In this document: positions 37,271-57,458 of the stretch, one piece after another
How the letters are laid out: each line of letters starts with the position of its first letter
Numbering within the stretch: the stretch's first letter is position 1
Origin: the human T2T-CHM13v2.0 reference genome, Homo sapiens
Length of the DNA: 64,000 nt
Direction: 5' to 3' (one strand)
Assembly: GCF_009914755.1 (NCBI RefSeq)
Contig: NC_060941.1
Notes under the pieces: generated by a model
What the model was told of the DNA's origin: nothing
The model's input: only the letters and a program-made list of their open reading frames with translations
Databases searched by the model: none
Made by a program: the position numbers and the translations under genes

Positions 37271-37743
37271 GAGAGAGGCTGGCCCCTCCGTTCTCAGAGC
37301 TCCTGCGGGCAACTCCAGCCCTTTTAGAACCAATACCATGGTCATCACCCAGAAAAAACTCTAAATTTATAGGTATATATATTTCATGCCTTATCTCCCC
37401 AGCTTAATTATAAACGCCTTTGAAAGCTGGGACTGAGTCATTTATTTCTCTGCATCCTGACACTGCCTGAGGCCAGTGAGATGCTCAGAAAACATGTGAC
37501 CAGCAGGGGCCTGGCGGAGCTGAGACAAGGCAACAACGTGCAAAGGTGATTTGTGTAATATGAGCACATACGATGAAAACATCTGGCTTGAGAGCGTCCT
37601 CATCCCTGTCACCACCCCCCTCCCCCAACACTACGCCGTGTGGAAAACACCTAGAGGAACTTCCTCTACTTCACACACAGAAGCCAGGAACCCCCCGGGA
37701 TCTTCTCTGCACTCTAAGGAAGCTGATAGAAAATGCATTTCTG

Positions 37744-38119
<376 letters not shown>

Positions 38120-38759
38120 TCAAGGAGGTCAAACCTCCTTGGTACAAAAAGCACCTGTTTCCTGTCCTGTGGCATGTCTGGAACCCAGACTCTCTTTCTC
38201 AGTCCAAGCCCAGACCCGAGAGAGGCAGCTCTCACCTTGCAAACAGACCCCCGCAGTCAGCTTCTCAGTCTTCACACAGAAATCACACCTCCACGTCAGC
38301 ATCGCCCAGAATGTATGTTCCTGGGGCTCTGCCAAGGGAACCTCTGTTTTCCTCACAGAACGTGAAAATGTTTCCACAGAGCACGGGCAGCCCCCATCAC
38401 TCATCAGGTTCCAAACATGCATCCTCTCGCTCCATCCTATACTTAGGCGCCTCGGCAGGATCAAATGAACCCTCTCCGTCTCAACTTTCCCCTTCCTTCC
38501 CACACGGCTATTTATATCTGGAATATCTCTCTGTCTTAATCCACTGGACTACCCTCCCCCTCGTTTGAAAAGGTCACTTGCACATTCTTCTTTCCAGAAG
38601 GCTTTTCTTGCAGGAGGTGGCTGCCAGCTTGTCCCTTCCCCGGTGCCTCTGCCCAACAAGACATGACGGTGAGCAAGGTTACTCATCTTCCGAAAATGCT
38701 AACGTGCTGACTGGGGCTAACCCTACGCTAAAGCAAAGCCTTCAAAAACTGGAAGCAGC

Positions 38760-39332
38760 AGGGCGCGGTGGCTCGCACCTGTCATCCCAGTGCCTGGGAA
38801 GGCTGAAACAGGAGGATCGCTTGAGGCCAGGCGTTCAAAACCAGCCCGGGCAACATAGCAGGACTCCAACTCTACAAAAATTAATCTTAAAAATTAGCTC
38901 ACTCCTATCATCCCAGCACTTTGGGAGGCCGAAGCGGGTGGATCACGAGGTCAGGAGTTCGAGACCAGCCTGGCCAACATGGTGAAACCCCATCTGTACT
39001 AAAAATACAAAAATTAGCCAGGCGTGGTGGCGTGCGCCTGTAATCCCAGCTACTCAGGAGGCTGAGGCAGGAGAATCACCGAGGCGGAGGTAGAAGTGAG
39101 CCGAGATTGCGCCACTGAACTCCAGCACAGGCGACAGAGCGAGACTCCCTCTCAAAAAATAAAATAAAATAAAAATTAGCTGGGGAGGTGGTGAGCTCCT
39201 GTAGTCTCAGCTTCTCAGGGGGCTGAGGTGGGAGGATCGCTTGAGCCCAGGAGGTCAGGGCTGCAGTGAGTCATGATCACACTACTGTGCTCCAGCCTGG
39301 GTGACAGCCTGAGACTTGTCTTTAAAAAAGAA
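38760..39332 (+). mobile_element. AluJ with AluS nested in its A-rich linker
   Basis: J left arm 38760-38899, inner Alu about 38900-39172, J right arm about 39175-39332; AAAATTAGCT duplicated. Confidence 0.85.
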
Positions 39333-39364
39333 ACACACACACACACATACACACACACACACAC
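39333..39364. repeat. (AC)n microsatellite at Alu tail
   Basis: Interrupted AC run. Confidence 0.85.
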
Positions 39365-39399
39365 GATACGAGTTCTTTCATCTTGCAAGAAAGAATCAT

Positions 39400-39898
39400 G
39401 TGGATGTGCGCGGAGCCGAGGGACCATGGTGGCCGCGGTGTGGTCACTGATGAGGTTCCTCATCACGGGCGGTGTGGCTGGAGGCGCGTCGACCTGATGT
39501 ATGGCCAGGAGCTGCTGGGGCCCAGCAACAAGAGCCGAGCGCCCCTACGGAAGGCTGGAGAGGTGGTTCCCCGCCACGTACCAGTTCAGCCAGTACGTGT
39601 GTCAGCAGACAGGCCTGCAGATACCCCAGCTCCCAGCCCCTCCAAAGCCTTCCTTTCCCCTCCATGACTCCTGGAATGCAGGTATCATCACAGCTCTGTA
39701 GGCCCCTCCCAGGCCCGCGACACTCCAAGGAGGGCTGGGAGTACGTGGAGTCGCGCAGAGGCTGCCTGCCCCGGCCGGAGCGGGAGAACGGGCAGGGCGC
39801 CACTGGCCTGAGGACTCCAGACTGGGACCCCACTCCCAGGGAAGCTCCCAGCCTCACCGGCCCAATAAAGGACTTCAGAAGTGAGAAAAAAAAAAAAA
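39400..39898 (+). pseudogene. MICOS13: Processed pseudogene of MICOS13 (C19orf70/QIL1)
   Basis: From ATG 39426, successive frames give MVAAVWSLMRFLITGGVAGGA / DLMYGQELLGPSNKSRAPLRKAGEVV / YQFSQYVCQQTGLQIPQLPAPPKPSFPLHDSWNAGI / SKEGWEYV, matching MICOS13. Intronless with frameshifts; stops 39495-39497 and 39699-39701; AATAAA 39864-39869; poly(A) 39886-39898. Confidence 0.92.
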
Positions 39899-39907
39899 GG
39901 TGAAATA

Positions 39908-40494
<587 letters not shown>

Positions 40495-40744
40495 TGGAAT
40501 AATCAAGTGATTACATTTGGAACATGTGGGAATCAGAAACCCACCACCCACGGAGGCCACCACCTAACACAACAGTAAGCAATGGGGGTATTTACTTCAA
40601 TCTTCCTTTTTATTTATCTGTTTAATACAGTGCCATCTATAATCATGGTATCATGTATAATTTGGGATCTCGCTTTTCTGAATGCAGTATGTGAAGTATA
40701 GGACTACAGCTCTATATTCCAGCAAAAACTTTTAACCACCAACC

Positions 40745-41475
<731 letters not shown>

Positions 41476-41500
41476 CAATTAACTCGATTTTTAATAGCTA

Positions 41501-41834
<334 letters not shown>

Positions 41835-42246
41835 TTACTTAACCCTTCCATGATTGTTAACATTCAGAGGATTTCCAGGGTCTCACTAGGATATACAGCT
41901 GTAAGGAATCTCTTCAGGAGGGCAAGGTAAAATGAGGTAAGCATCTTAACAGTTTTGTCCTAACCTACAGGATGTACATTTCATCTGCATTTATGACTAA
42001 TTCAGATCATATTCTCACTTCTAAACTGACATTAATTCCCCTTCCCTTCTTAAATCAAGTCCTCCCTTAGGGCTCACTGAATCTTTGAAAAGTTTGCCTT
42101 TCATAATTTCTACTATCTATTTATTTAATTAACATTCCCATAGCAACCCTTTGACTTTTCTTAAGCAACTTGCTTACATGAACCTGCAACCAAATGAATT
42201 ATAAATTTTCTCAGTGGCCTCATAAAGAAGAAAATAAGGAACATTA

Positions 42247-42545
42247 GCTGGGTGCAGTGGCTCACACCTGTAATCCCAACACTTTGCCAGGTGGAGGCGG
42301 GTGGATCACCTGAGGTCAGGAGTTCAAGACCTTCCTGACCAACATGGTGAAACCTCGTTTCTACCAAGAACACAAAAATTAGCCAGGCGTGGTGGCGCGT
42401 GCCTGTAATCCCAGCTACTCAGGAGGCTGAGGCAGGAGAATCACTTGAACCCGGGAGGTGGAGCTGCAGTGAGCCGAGATCGCGCCACTGCACTCCAGCC
42501 TGGGCAACAAAGTGAGATTCTGTCTCAAGAAAAGAAGAAAAGAAG
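42247..42545 (+). mobile_element. AluS
   Basis: Full dimer; TSD AAGGAACATT. Confidence 0.9.
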
Positions 42546-42779
42546 GAACATTCAGGAAAACGGGGGAGAGTTGTGTGTAATAGTAGGTGAGAAGACTTTT
42601 GACATCATATTTGTACACTTTTCTCAAAGCAATAGATACATTCCTGAGACACTGCAGGTGAATTTTCCTAAGCAGAGGCAATCACAGGTTGAACACCTCT
42701 TAGGAGCTCACAATCTGAAACAACTAGGCATATTGCCTAACAAAACGAAGGTCCTTCTGTGATAAAAAGAGGATTCCCA

Positions 42780-42950
42780 GCCGGGCACGGTGACTCACGC
42801 CTGTAATCCCAAGACTTTGGGAGGTGGAAGCAGGTGGATCACTTGAGTCCAGGAGTTCGAGACCAGCCTGGACAACACGGTAAAACCCCGTCTCTACCAA
42901 AAATACAAAAATTAGCCAGTCTCATAACCCCATCTCAAAATAAATAAATA
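42780..42950 (+). mobile_element. Alu left monomer
   Basis: Left arm followed by a short tail. Confidence 0.8.
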
Positions 42951-43607
42951 AATATTAGATTTTAAAAATGTGAATTGTCCCTGAATTTATCTATTTCATA
43001 ACTTTGGATTTAAGGTGAGGTGGGTTTTTAAAAATACAGCAACCTTCAGTAAGTAAAAAAATCTATATTAAATACAAGTTGCCTAATACTAGTCCCCCAC
43101 AAAAGCCACAGCATAATAGAAGTGCCCGGCACGGAGAAGGCTTTTGTCCCCATATACATCTGAATGCGCTTGGAAGCGGAGACTGATGGCCTCAGAGAAT
43201 GAGCCTCTCAGCTTATCCAAACGGCAGAGCCCAGCGGCGGGAGTTTCACAGACACCATCTTCTCACTGCTTTCCATCAGTCCTAGAGGGGCCCCTCTCTA
43301 AGGACGGGGAAGCGGCTTTCAAAGGCCTCCTTTCGCCTGTTGTACACAGGGAGCACATCAGCCTGAGACATTTCCCATCTAAGGAGAGCGGTGGTTTGAG
43401 GGATTCTGTTCCTTGTCTCTAACTGTGTTGGGTTCATTATCAAGGCAGAAATCATACAAGGTTATCAGACAGGCACACACTGACACTTTTAGCCTCTACC
43501 CACCTGAGACAGAAAAAGCAGCACCTGTCAGGTTAGCCGAGGATATAACCAAGACCCATTTAAAAGGCTTGATTTAAAAAAAAAAAAAGGTATAGGTACT
43601 GGGACGG

Positions 43608-43633
43608 ACACACACACACACACACACACACAC
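43608..43633. repeat. (AC)n microsatellite
   Basis: Dinucleotide run seen directly. Confidence 0.9.
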
Positions 43634-43713
43634 CCCTTTCATTTTATTTGAAATTTTTTTTTTAACATACTGCCCTTCCAGAAAATAACAGTTAATTTAA
43701 AATGCTATATCCG

Positions 43714-44027
<314 letters not shown>

Positions 44028-44188
44028 TTAAAATGCTAAATTGATTTGCGCAAAAAACCATTTAAGCATATGTATTTTCATATGCAGTATATGCCTATTC
44101 TTTTTCTGGAAAAACATACCAGACACTACTAACAGTGATGTTATCTTTGGAAAGAGGATTATTGTTACAGTTAATAAATAAAATGCTG

Positions 44189-44576
<388 letters not shown>

Positions 44577-46171
44577 CTAATGTAAACAGTCAGCAGGAAA
44601 GCCATAATTTGTGCTGCATGTACAGAGACAGATAAATCCCTGTCTCCTCATGAACACACACCGTGTTTTGTTGTAAGGATCTCTATTTGCCTGAACTGTT
44701 GGCTCAGGGGCAGAACAGATCCAGAGGATCTCAGAAAAAATGTCACTAATTTCTTCACAAGAAAGAAGGGCTTCAAAAAGCGCTTCAGAACTAGAGTGTT
44801 CCACCCCAGTCTCTGCAAATTAATACTTTCCGCAAATCCAAATGAAAGAGAATATGTTCACGTGGTATTAAGTAGCATTTTATTCTTAAGAACATTTGTA
44901 AAAAGCTTAAAGCAACGCATCCAAGGGTTGAAGCCGGGACTTTCTGCAAATTTAGGAAACTGATTTCCCCCCAGGAAAATGTCTGAAGGCATTTACTTCC
45001 AATTCACCCTCACGCCTACATCTGAAATGTCAGAATCCTTAGGTGCCAAACTGCAATGTATATTACAGATTTGTGTGTAACTTTAGGTGGTCAAAGACAC
45101 TTGTGTAAGAAAAGAAACCTATTTCAAAGTAAGGTAAAATTCATGAAATAAATGGACTGAGTCACCCTAAAATATTAAGAAAAACATCTATCAGCACAAG
45201 GACAGTGGGCTGCTTTGCAGCTAGTGACTGTCTATGGATAATTTTGAAACAAAATGCCACACTTAATTAGCCAGCGGGCTTCGCATCCTGTGTGTGACGG
45301 AGAGAATGGTATTAAGAAAAAGACTCCCTCAGGCTCCATTAATGCCCTAATGAGAGGAGGCGGGGAGAGGGGTGTTGGGTAGAGGGCAGGGCAGTCAGGA
45401 TTACCACATGGCCCTCAGGAAGTACAAGCTCTGCGCCTTCTGGACAAATGGGGGACTCTCAACCGCACACTGACTATTGGGCGTATCTAGCCAGCTATTT
45501 CCACAGGGTCCTCTGCAGGAAACAATTGTACCCACACTCCACACATGCCCAGCAGATAAAGCAGTTCTCAGATTACATCCAAGAGGGAGAACGTGGGCCT
45601 TAAGCTCACTTAACCGTCATCCGTGATTTCGTGACCAGCAACCCACCGACGGAGGGAGTCTCGATTTTCAAAAAGACAAAAGTGGGAGATTCTCCAGATG
45701 GCAGAGAGCTGGACTCGACATCAACCCTTCAACAGACCTTCCGGCTTACTTTAGTTATCACACACACTTAGGAAAAGAAGGGATCTGTTAGAAGCAAGCA
45801 TGCATTCACCAAACACACGTCATTTCAGACTATCTTTCCTTGAAAACTATCAATAGGAACTATCTAAGTGATAGCAAGCTGTCTGTGAGGGCCTCCTACA
45901 ATAAACATGCTGATCACACCGAGGAGTGTGGGCTGAATCATAATCCAATCAGGGCAAGTTTGGAATCGGCTGGATTTGAAGACGGCTGAGCAACTGACTA
46001 ACAGACTCCTCCTAGCCTGGAGAAGGTGTCTAGCGGCATAACCCCCCAACTCTATCCCCAGACTCAGGCTAATCAACATTTTTATCAACTGCTTGTATAA
46101 ACAACAGTCTAGCAGGGACCACATAACACAGAGCTAAGAAGGGGCTTTGATGACTGTAGGTGATCACATCA

Positions 46172-46533
<362 letters not shown>

Positions 46534-46588
46534 GTGAATGCAATGAGATCTCGCGACATGGTAACAGAAGTCTACATAACATCTACAA

Positions 46589-47118
46589 CAAGCTTGTCCA
46601 ACCCACAGCACGCGGACACATGTGGCCCAGGACAGCTTTGAATGGGGCCCAACACAAATTTGTAAACTTTCTTAAAACATTATGAGATTTTTTTGCTATT
46701 TGCTTTTTTTTTAGCTCATCAGCTATCACTAGTGTTGTCAGCATTTTTTTTTCTTTTGAGATGGAGTTTCGCTCTTGTTACCCAGGCCGGAGCGCAGTGG
46801 CACGAATTTGGCTCACCGCAACCTCCGCTTCCAGGGTTCAAATGATTCTCCTGCCTCAGCCTCCCGAGTAGTTGGGATTGCAGGCATGCGCCACCACGCC
46901 CGGCTAATTTTGTATTTTTAGTAGAGACGGGGTTTCTCCATGTTGGTCAGGCTGGTCTCAAACTCCTGACCTCAGGGGATCCGTCGACTTCAGCCTCCCA
47001 AAGTGCTGGGAATACAGACATGAGCCACCACGCCCGGCTGGTGTTCGCATATTTTATGTGTGGCCCAAGACAATTCTTCTTCCAACGTGGCCCAGGGAGG
47101 CCAAAAAATTGGGCAACA
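46589..47118 (-). mobile_element. MER30 (hAT-Charlie) split by an Alu
   Basis: CAAGCTTGTCCAACCC...GCTCATCAGCTATC [Alu] ...TGTGTGGCCCAAGACAATTCTTCTTCCAACGTGGCCCAGGGAGGCCAAAA. Confidence 0.8.
46744..47039 (-). mobile_element. AluSp-like, inside MER30
   Basis: Full dimer. Confidence 0.9.
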
Positions 47119-47989
47119 AAGGAGGTAGGGCAGCCAGCTGCCCTCTGTGCCTGGACAGACCACACTGGAGTCTGCATTCAGGTGGGGGGATGACTGTTGG
47201 GGGGGTGGGGCAGACAATCTTGGAGGGTGCTTGGATCTGAATGGCCTGGGTGGGGGGGAAGGGTGAACCCACATCACAGGAGAAATGCTCCAAGGACCAG
47301 GGGACTCTCCCTGGGGAGAGAGAAGAGTTGTCTGCAGTTCTTCACGGCCCAGCGGTCCCCTGGGAGAGGACGGCTGAGGTCAGAATGGACTTCCTCAGGA
47401 GATGGTGTGTTGGGGTCACTGGAAACACCCCACACAGAGACGGTGACCGTAGGGGCCACTCTCCCTCAGTAATACACCCTGATTTTTCTTGACAAGCCCC
47501 CCCACAGCCCCCAGGCCTGAGGCTCAGTCCACCTGGCTTGGGACCCCAGCCTCCAGCTACACAGGTGTGGACACAACTCAGGCTTGGCCCTTTGGTATTT
47601 ACACATCCCGGCCACAGTGACCAGTTATGGGATCAAGGGCGACCATGCCGGACTCCTGCTGCTGGGAGTCTGGGAGGACAGGAAGCAGGCTCAGAACTGC
47701 CGATGGTCCTCAGGCCACTAGGAGATGAGGAACAGCCTGCCAGAGGCCAGGGCGCAGAGACAGGCGGGGCGGGGAGATGGGCAAGGACCTGCCCCAGGAC
47801 GGCATCTGTGCCACCCGGGCCTAAAGCTGACCTATATCTGGACCTCTCACCCACAGGAAACTCAGACCCTTCTGAACCCAGGAGTTGATATTCTACACAC
47901 CTAGATAAGGCAGAAAACAGGGCTCAGAAAAGTTCAGGAATGTGGCAAGGAGGCAGACCCAGGGACAGGACCAAGTTAAATGGATAAGA

Positions 47990-48680
<691 letters not shown>

Positions 48681-48818
48681 ACATATGCACAGACCAGTAT
48701 CTCCCCCTGGCCTCTCCCAGCTCAAAAGAGGGTGCGGGATCCATTCAGTAAAACCGAGCACCTGATTAGTCAAAGAGATGATCTAGAATTACACCCATAT
48801 GCAAAGATACACAGATGC

Positions 48819-48980
48819 AGCCCGGCGTGGTGGTGCACACCTGCATTCCCAGCTACTCGGGAGGCTGAGGTGGGAGGACTGCCTGGGCCCAGGTCAAAGC
48901 TGCAGTGAGCCCTGACTGTGCCACTGCACTCTAGCCTGGGCAACACAGCAAGAGCTCTCTCACACAAACAAGCAAACAAT
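48819..48980 (+). mobile_element. Alu monomer (FRAM/J-type)
   Basis: Single right-type monomer. Confidence 0.75.
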
Positions 48981-49023
48981 CAAAGACACAGATGTCATCA
49001 AATCAACAACTGACAGACAATTA

Positions 49024-49390
<367 letters not shown>

Positions 49391-49539
49391 GAGAAACCAG
49401 GTTCTGTGATAGTCTCTAGATACAAATAAATAACTAGGTGCTTTGGAATGGGGGAGGGGTACAAAGAGGTAAAAAGGCTGAATTCCTCTCTCTTATAATC
49501 CAAATAACCATAAAATGTGGAATGAATACCGAAGCGCCT

Positions 49540-49765
49540 GGTAAACATTTAAACGGCACGTGCTATGCACCAGGCACCATCCTAAGTACTTGTCAAATAT
49601 TATGTCATTCAATCCTTAACAACCACCCTAAGAGGCTGGTACCATCATCTCCATTTTACTCACCAGGAAACTAGAGACACAGAAATTCCAGAACTGGCCC
49701 CAAAGTCACACCCCCGGGAAACAGCCAAGTTTCCAACCCGGGAAACCTGGATCTGGATTTCCAGT
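49540..49765 (-). mobile_element. MIR
   Basis: CCAGGCACCATCCTAAGTACT...CCATTTTAC...GGAAACTAGAGACACAGA...CCAAAGTCACAC. Confidence 0.55.
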
Positions 49766-51296
49766 CTATATTCTTCGTCTACTATGGAACACACTTTAAA
49801 TATTCACATACCATAATGGAGTATTTTTGAAAGATCACGGGTAAAAACAATTTTTACAATTGCAGTCAAGAACATGCCCAGAGCTGGAAAACGCTGCACT
49901 CACAGCTACATTCACGCCTATTCGGGGCTCCGGCGGTCACACTGCGATTTTTCCCTATTGCACGTGGTCCCGCCCAATCTTCAGATTTCACATCAAAACC
50001 TGAAAAATGAGTAACAGATGAGGCAGCTGTGCTGTGAGCCACCACGATCAAAAGAAAACCGTCTTGACCTGATCACGTTTAACGGGAGGAAAAGCAGCGC
50101 CTTCTGATTTTAAACAGATTAAATCCATCCAGATTTTTATCCCAGGCATATTGACCAAAAAAAGACAAATTAAAAAAAAATGTGGAACTGATGCATCTGG
50201 ATGAAATTCTCCCAGGAAAACAAAGAGAAAGCCCTATCCCTAGGACAGCAGAACTCACCACACCCTGTTTGGTGACTGTTCGACAACGATATGAGATAAA
50301 ACCGTCATTCACTGTAGAAACAGCACTTGAATTTACCTGTAATTGGTGCCTGTACTGAGACACCCTGGGGAGCAGGGGGAGAGGCTGACGGATTGGACAG
50401 AAGGAAGCGACGAAGTGAAGCTTACGTTGTTTTTTTAAAAGGACTTTCTGATGTAGTTCATACAAAAATACACTGTGTATCTGGTCCAAGAGTTATGACC
50501 GGCAAGCCGCAGAAAATTTACGTTTGCTTTTAATCACGGAGGCCACAGAACAAAACTTTCCATGACGGGTCTCACTCCCGAGTAACGGCACTGGGCTTCT
50601 GCCTCGTCGTGGTGCAGAAAGCACAGGTTTGAGATTTCACTGGAAGTTGGAACGGCAGTTTCTGCAAACCTCATAAAAGGGAGGACTGATTTAGTCCTAG
50701 GATCTCGGCAGGACACCTGAAGTTCAATTTTGTCTCTGAACAAAAAGCACTACAGCAGCCTGCAGGCTTTCCGTAGGATGAAGGGGGAGTTGGGGGGCCC
50801 TTCACTGGAGGAACTAAAAAAAAGCCAAATCATTAAAAAGGCCCTTAGAAAAAAAAACACCACCATGGAAAAAGGCAGCAAGAGAGAAGAGGTTCTCGCT
50901 CTCCTGCCTTCCAAGCAACCAGCGAATGTTTCAAGCCGTTCAACTACCTCTGTCTTATCTCAGAGCGGTCCCTGCACACCTAGAGGAAGAAAGCCACCTG
51001 AAGAGGCTTGCTGCTCCTCCTCCTCCATGCGGAACGTTTGATGTGAGTATTTTTTAAGGTACAATTCCGTGAACAGAAAGGACCAAGTTGAATTTAAGGG
51101 AGTTCAGCCAAGCTCTTTCATCCAACACTGTGACCCTGATCTAATAATCGGTGCTCTTTGCTTCAATTCTCCAGCTCTAACATACTTGGAAAAGTTAAAA
51201 CGGTGAATATCTACTGATTACTAGTTGCTGGAAGACGTAATATGTACGCATTTTGAGTTCTTTGGAAGAAAGATGCTAGAGAAATGCAAACAATGA

Positions 51297-51639
<343 letters not shown>

Positions 51640-51820
51640 AGTCTCTTTTAATAGACTCAGATATTTGACATTTCAAAAATGGAGAGTCAAGCTTTTTCCT
51701 ATTTTTGAGCACAGAATCACACGGCAATCCAGTTGCACAAGAAGCTGCTGGGACTCACCCAGCTGTGACATCCATTTGCTCATTTAGTCCTCTTTAAAAC
51801 ACTCATTGAGAAACAAAAAC

Positions 51821-52119
<299 letters not shown>

Positions 52120-52278
52120 TCAGGATTCACAAAGATTCCAAATTCATAGCGATTTTCCTTGATTGTCTTGGAATACGCATAAACGGTAAATTCAATGCAA
52201 CACAGAAAACTAAGCACCTTGGTGGTTCACACCATGCACCACTGGGAATTCAGATCATGAAGAAAGAAAACACATCCT

Positions 52279-52964
<686 letters not shown>

Positions 52965-53142
52965 TCACAACGGGACGAGCTGGAGCCCTGGAACCCTGAT
53001 CACTGTCAGGAAAAAGGAAGATCCCCAAGGGGTTTGTTCAACCCCGACCCCAGCTGTGCACAAAGCCTGTTTTCTCAAATGTGTGTGCACATTACAACAC
53101 CTTCCCAACAAAAGGTAGGAATATTTTAAAACGTAGAATCAG

Positions 53143-53452
<310 letters not shown>

Positions 53453-54029
53453 TCAGTGACCCTAACTTCCAGGGCTTGCCTCTGTGCTCTAGCTCACATT
53501 CCAACCCGTGTCAGAAGACAAATCGATCAGCAAGAGCTGTGGACGGCTACTCAGAGGCAGGCCTGAGCTGCTAACTGGGAGATGAGTACCAAACCAGCAA
53601 TGCCTACATGTCTGAGCAAACCCATCCCGCAGCATTCCAGAGCTGGGACGGGAGGCAGGTCCACGCTAGAGGTGGCGTTTCTACAGCTCCAGAGATGAGC
53701 ACCCTCCATTTCCCACGCGAAACAGCAGTCTTTCAACCTCTACACCGCCCAGAGTTAAGCAAACAGGGTCAGCGGAAGACACACCTAATAGCTTTGGGAA
53801 ACCACAAAATGATTGCTTTGTGCGTAATTTCTCTCAAGAAGAGTGCCTGATCATCTTTAAGTTACAAGGGTGACTGAAAGGGTAACTTAATAGTAACTTA
53901 AATCTTTCCCAGGCTTCGTCGATCAGCAGCAGTCTGGAGCGTCATTGGCAGATAGAAATACAGAGCTCAGTAAGTATCAGTAATATCCCGGGACTTTAAG
54001 GCACTGTATTTGTTGTTTCATTCTTCTAG

Positions 54030-54375
<346 letters not shown>

Positions 54376-54461
54376 TAGGGCAATTTTTTTGACACCTTCA
54401 TCAAATCCCCTTGTATGCTTGTAAAAGTCATTGGTTTGAAAAGTTTAAAAATATACCTCAT

Positions 54462-54835
<374 letters not shown>

Positions 54836-54879
54836 CTATGAAATGAATGACTAAACTTAATGATCATTTATCTAAACAC

Positions 54880-55075
54880 AATAATAGCATTTATTGAGCA
54901 CTCACCACATGCCAGGCACGTGTATATTATCTCGCGTAGCCTTTACACAATAAGGCAGGTGCTGTTATCACAAATGGAAAAGGAACGTGTGGTACAGAGA
55001 TGTACAGCGCCTTGCACAAGGACACACAGCTAATAAACGGCAGAGCGGGGGCGTGAACTCAAGCAGAAGGACAAA
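54880..55075 (-). mobile_element. MIR
   Basis: CATTTATTGAGCACTCACCACATGCCAGGCAC...CTTGCACAAGGACACACAGCTAATAA. Confidence 0.6.
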
Positions 55076-55199
55076 AGACTCTATATTTTTAGCCATGTAT
55101 TAGACTGCCTTATTATGCAGAGAAAAAACAAAGAGATTAAAAAATATATTACAAATGATGGAACAAGAAAAAGCCTCTCAAGGAACATTGCTCTTATTA

Positions 55200-55207
55200 C
55201 TTTATTT

Positions 55208-55239
<32 letters not shown>

Positions 55240-55516
55240 TACAGGGTCTTGCTGTGTTGTCCTGGCTGGAGTGTAGTGACACAAACATGGCTCACTGCAG
55301 CCTCCACCTCCTGGGTTTAAGCAATCCTCCTGCCTCAGCCTCCCGAGTAGCTGGGACCACAGGTACCCACCACTGTGACCAGCTAATTGTTATTTTTTGC
55401 AAAGACAATGTTTCACCATGTTGCCCAGGCTGGTCTCAAACTCCTAGGCTCAAGTGATCCCCCCACCTTGGCCTCCCAAAGTGCTGAATTACAGGTGTGA
55501 GCCATCACACCCGGCC
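55200..55516 (-). mobile_element. AluJ
   Basis: J diagnostics; (TTTA)n tail. Confidence 0.85.
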
Positions 55517-57161
55517 TGCTCCTAACTGGACTGTTGTCCTTTATTACTAAAAGACTGGCCCAAGTCCTAGAAACACAGTCACCAGTGGGAGCCTGTCCTG
55601 GCTGGTCCGGGCTTCTTATGAAGAAGGCAGAAAATCCTAATTTTCAAATCTGCACCTTTTTGCCATCTTTTCCCACCTTGAAAGTGAATGCAAAGAAAAG
55701 ATACAGTGGTGTCACAGCAACTGTTCTCTTCCTGGCTGCAGTGTTTGGATTCAAGGAAGAGTGGCAGAGCTGGAGTTGTAAGAATGTTGAGGTTGCTACC
55801 AAATCCTGTCCCACCCATAGGGCCAAAGGGATTCAAGTAAATTCTCAGCCAAGCTTCTCATTGAGTCTGAACTGAAAGAACCACCCAGAGCAGCCAGAGT
55901 GAGACTCCACTTCCCCTGGCTGGAGCAGGCTGACCAGGGATACTGGACCAGGGTCCCCTGACTCTGCAGACTTTCTCTTCCCCTTTGTCATGCAGGAAGT
56001 CCTGGGGCCACACCAGAGCCTCACAAAACTGTCCAGAGGAAGCCAGTGGTCTGCACCCTTGGATGTCAGTGCACCCACACTGACCATATGTTTTTGATCA
56101 GGCATCCAGCCCAGACAAAGTTGAGCTCTGCGACTTTAACACCAAAAGAGTGCTCACTTCTATGAGGCTGAAGTGGATCCCGGAGACGGACCTCTCCAGT
56201 CTTGACGAGTGAGTAACATACTAATCCAAAGGGAAGACCAAATCCCCAAAGTCCAAATTTCACCACCTCCTGACTATCGATCACATTCCTTCTCTCTAGA
56301 AATGTGAAAATCATCTACCAACCTACTTATTAAAACAAGTCTAACTGCCTTAACTTCAGGATTATAGATTTGCTGATGAAATTGTTATAAATGCTCTCAA
56401 AGTTCTATTACCATCTAATTACAATTTATGCACAGCTATATAATAATGTGTGTTTTGGAAGCTGAAATAATATGTGTTTTGGAAGCCAAAAAAATTAAGC
56501 TTCAATTACTTTTGTACCTACCATGACAACAGGCAGAAACAGGACAATTTTGTATAAAGAATGTTTTTTTACATTTTTGTCCTTTTTTTTTTTTGGTGTT
56601 TTCTCACAGTTCCTGTCAAGGTGAGAGGAACCAGGCAAAATGCAGGCTTAACATATACGGTCATCCCCAGGTTTTTTTTAACTATATAAAGGAGAAATTA
56701 ATAAAAGAAAAAAAGAAATACCACACAGCATTTTCTTTCCCCACCATAATTTTTCAATTTTCTTTAGAGAAATGCCAGCCAATAACTAATTAGAACCATA
56801 CCCTTTGTTATCCCAATGGGAAGAAGTATACGCATGGGCTTAAAGAACAAATGTTAATGAGAATTTAAAAAAAATTAGCAATCTGGAACTCTGGTTTCCC
56901 TTCAGTGTAAAACAAAATTCCCTTCTCTAGAGTTATTTTTATCATTGGCGAAATGACACGGATAGAGTCCATCCACAAGACGTGTTCACCCATCCAGTGC
57001 CCTCAGCTGGGAGAACTCCGGCTCTTCACTTGTTCTGATGGGGAAATTAGCATCATTAGCTCACGGGCTTCTAAGCACCCTAACTTCAAATGAGACAAAA
57101 ACTCAGTTACAGAAAAGGCATTTGTTCCACATCTCTTTGGTTTCAAGGGGGAAAATAATTC

Positions 57162-57458
<297 letters not shown>

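Noticed and set aside
39448-39467. CTGATGA plus hairpin TGATGAGG-TT-CCTCATCA as a hammerhead ribozyme
   Set aside because: No GAAA or stem architecture follows; it is inherited MICOS13 coding sequence (L-M-R-F-L-I).
39426-39760. Functional MICOS13 paralogue
   Set aside because: Several frameshifts, premature stops and an internal deletion.
53662-53678. CTCF-like GCTAGAGGTGGCG
   Set aside because: Four mismatches in the 5' half of the consensus.
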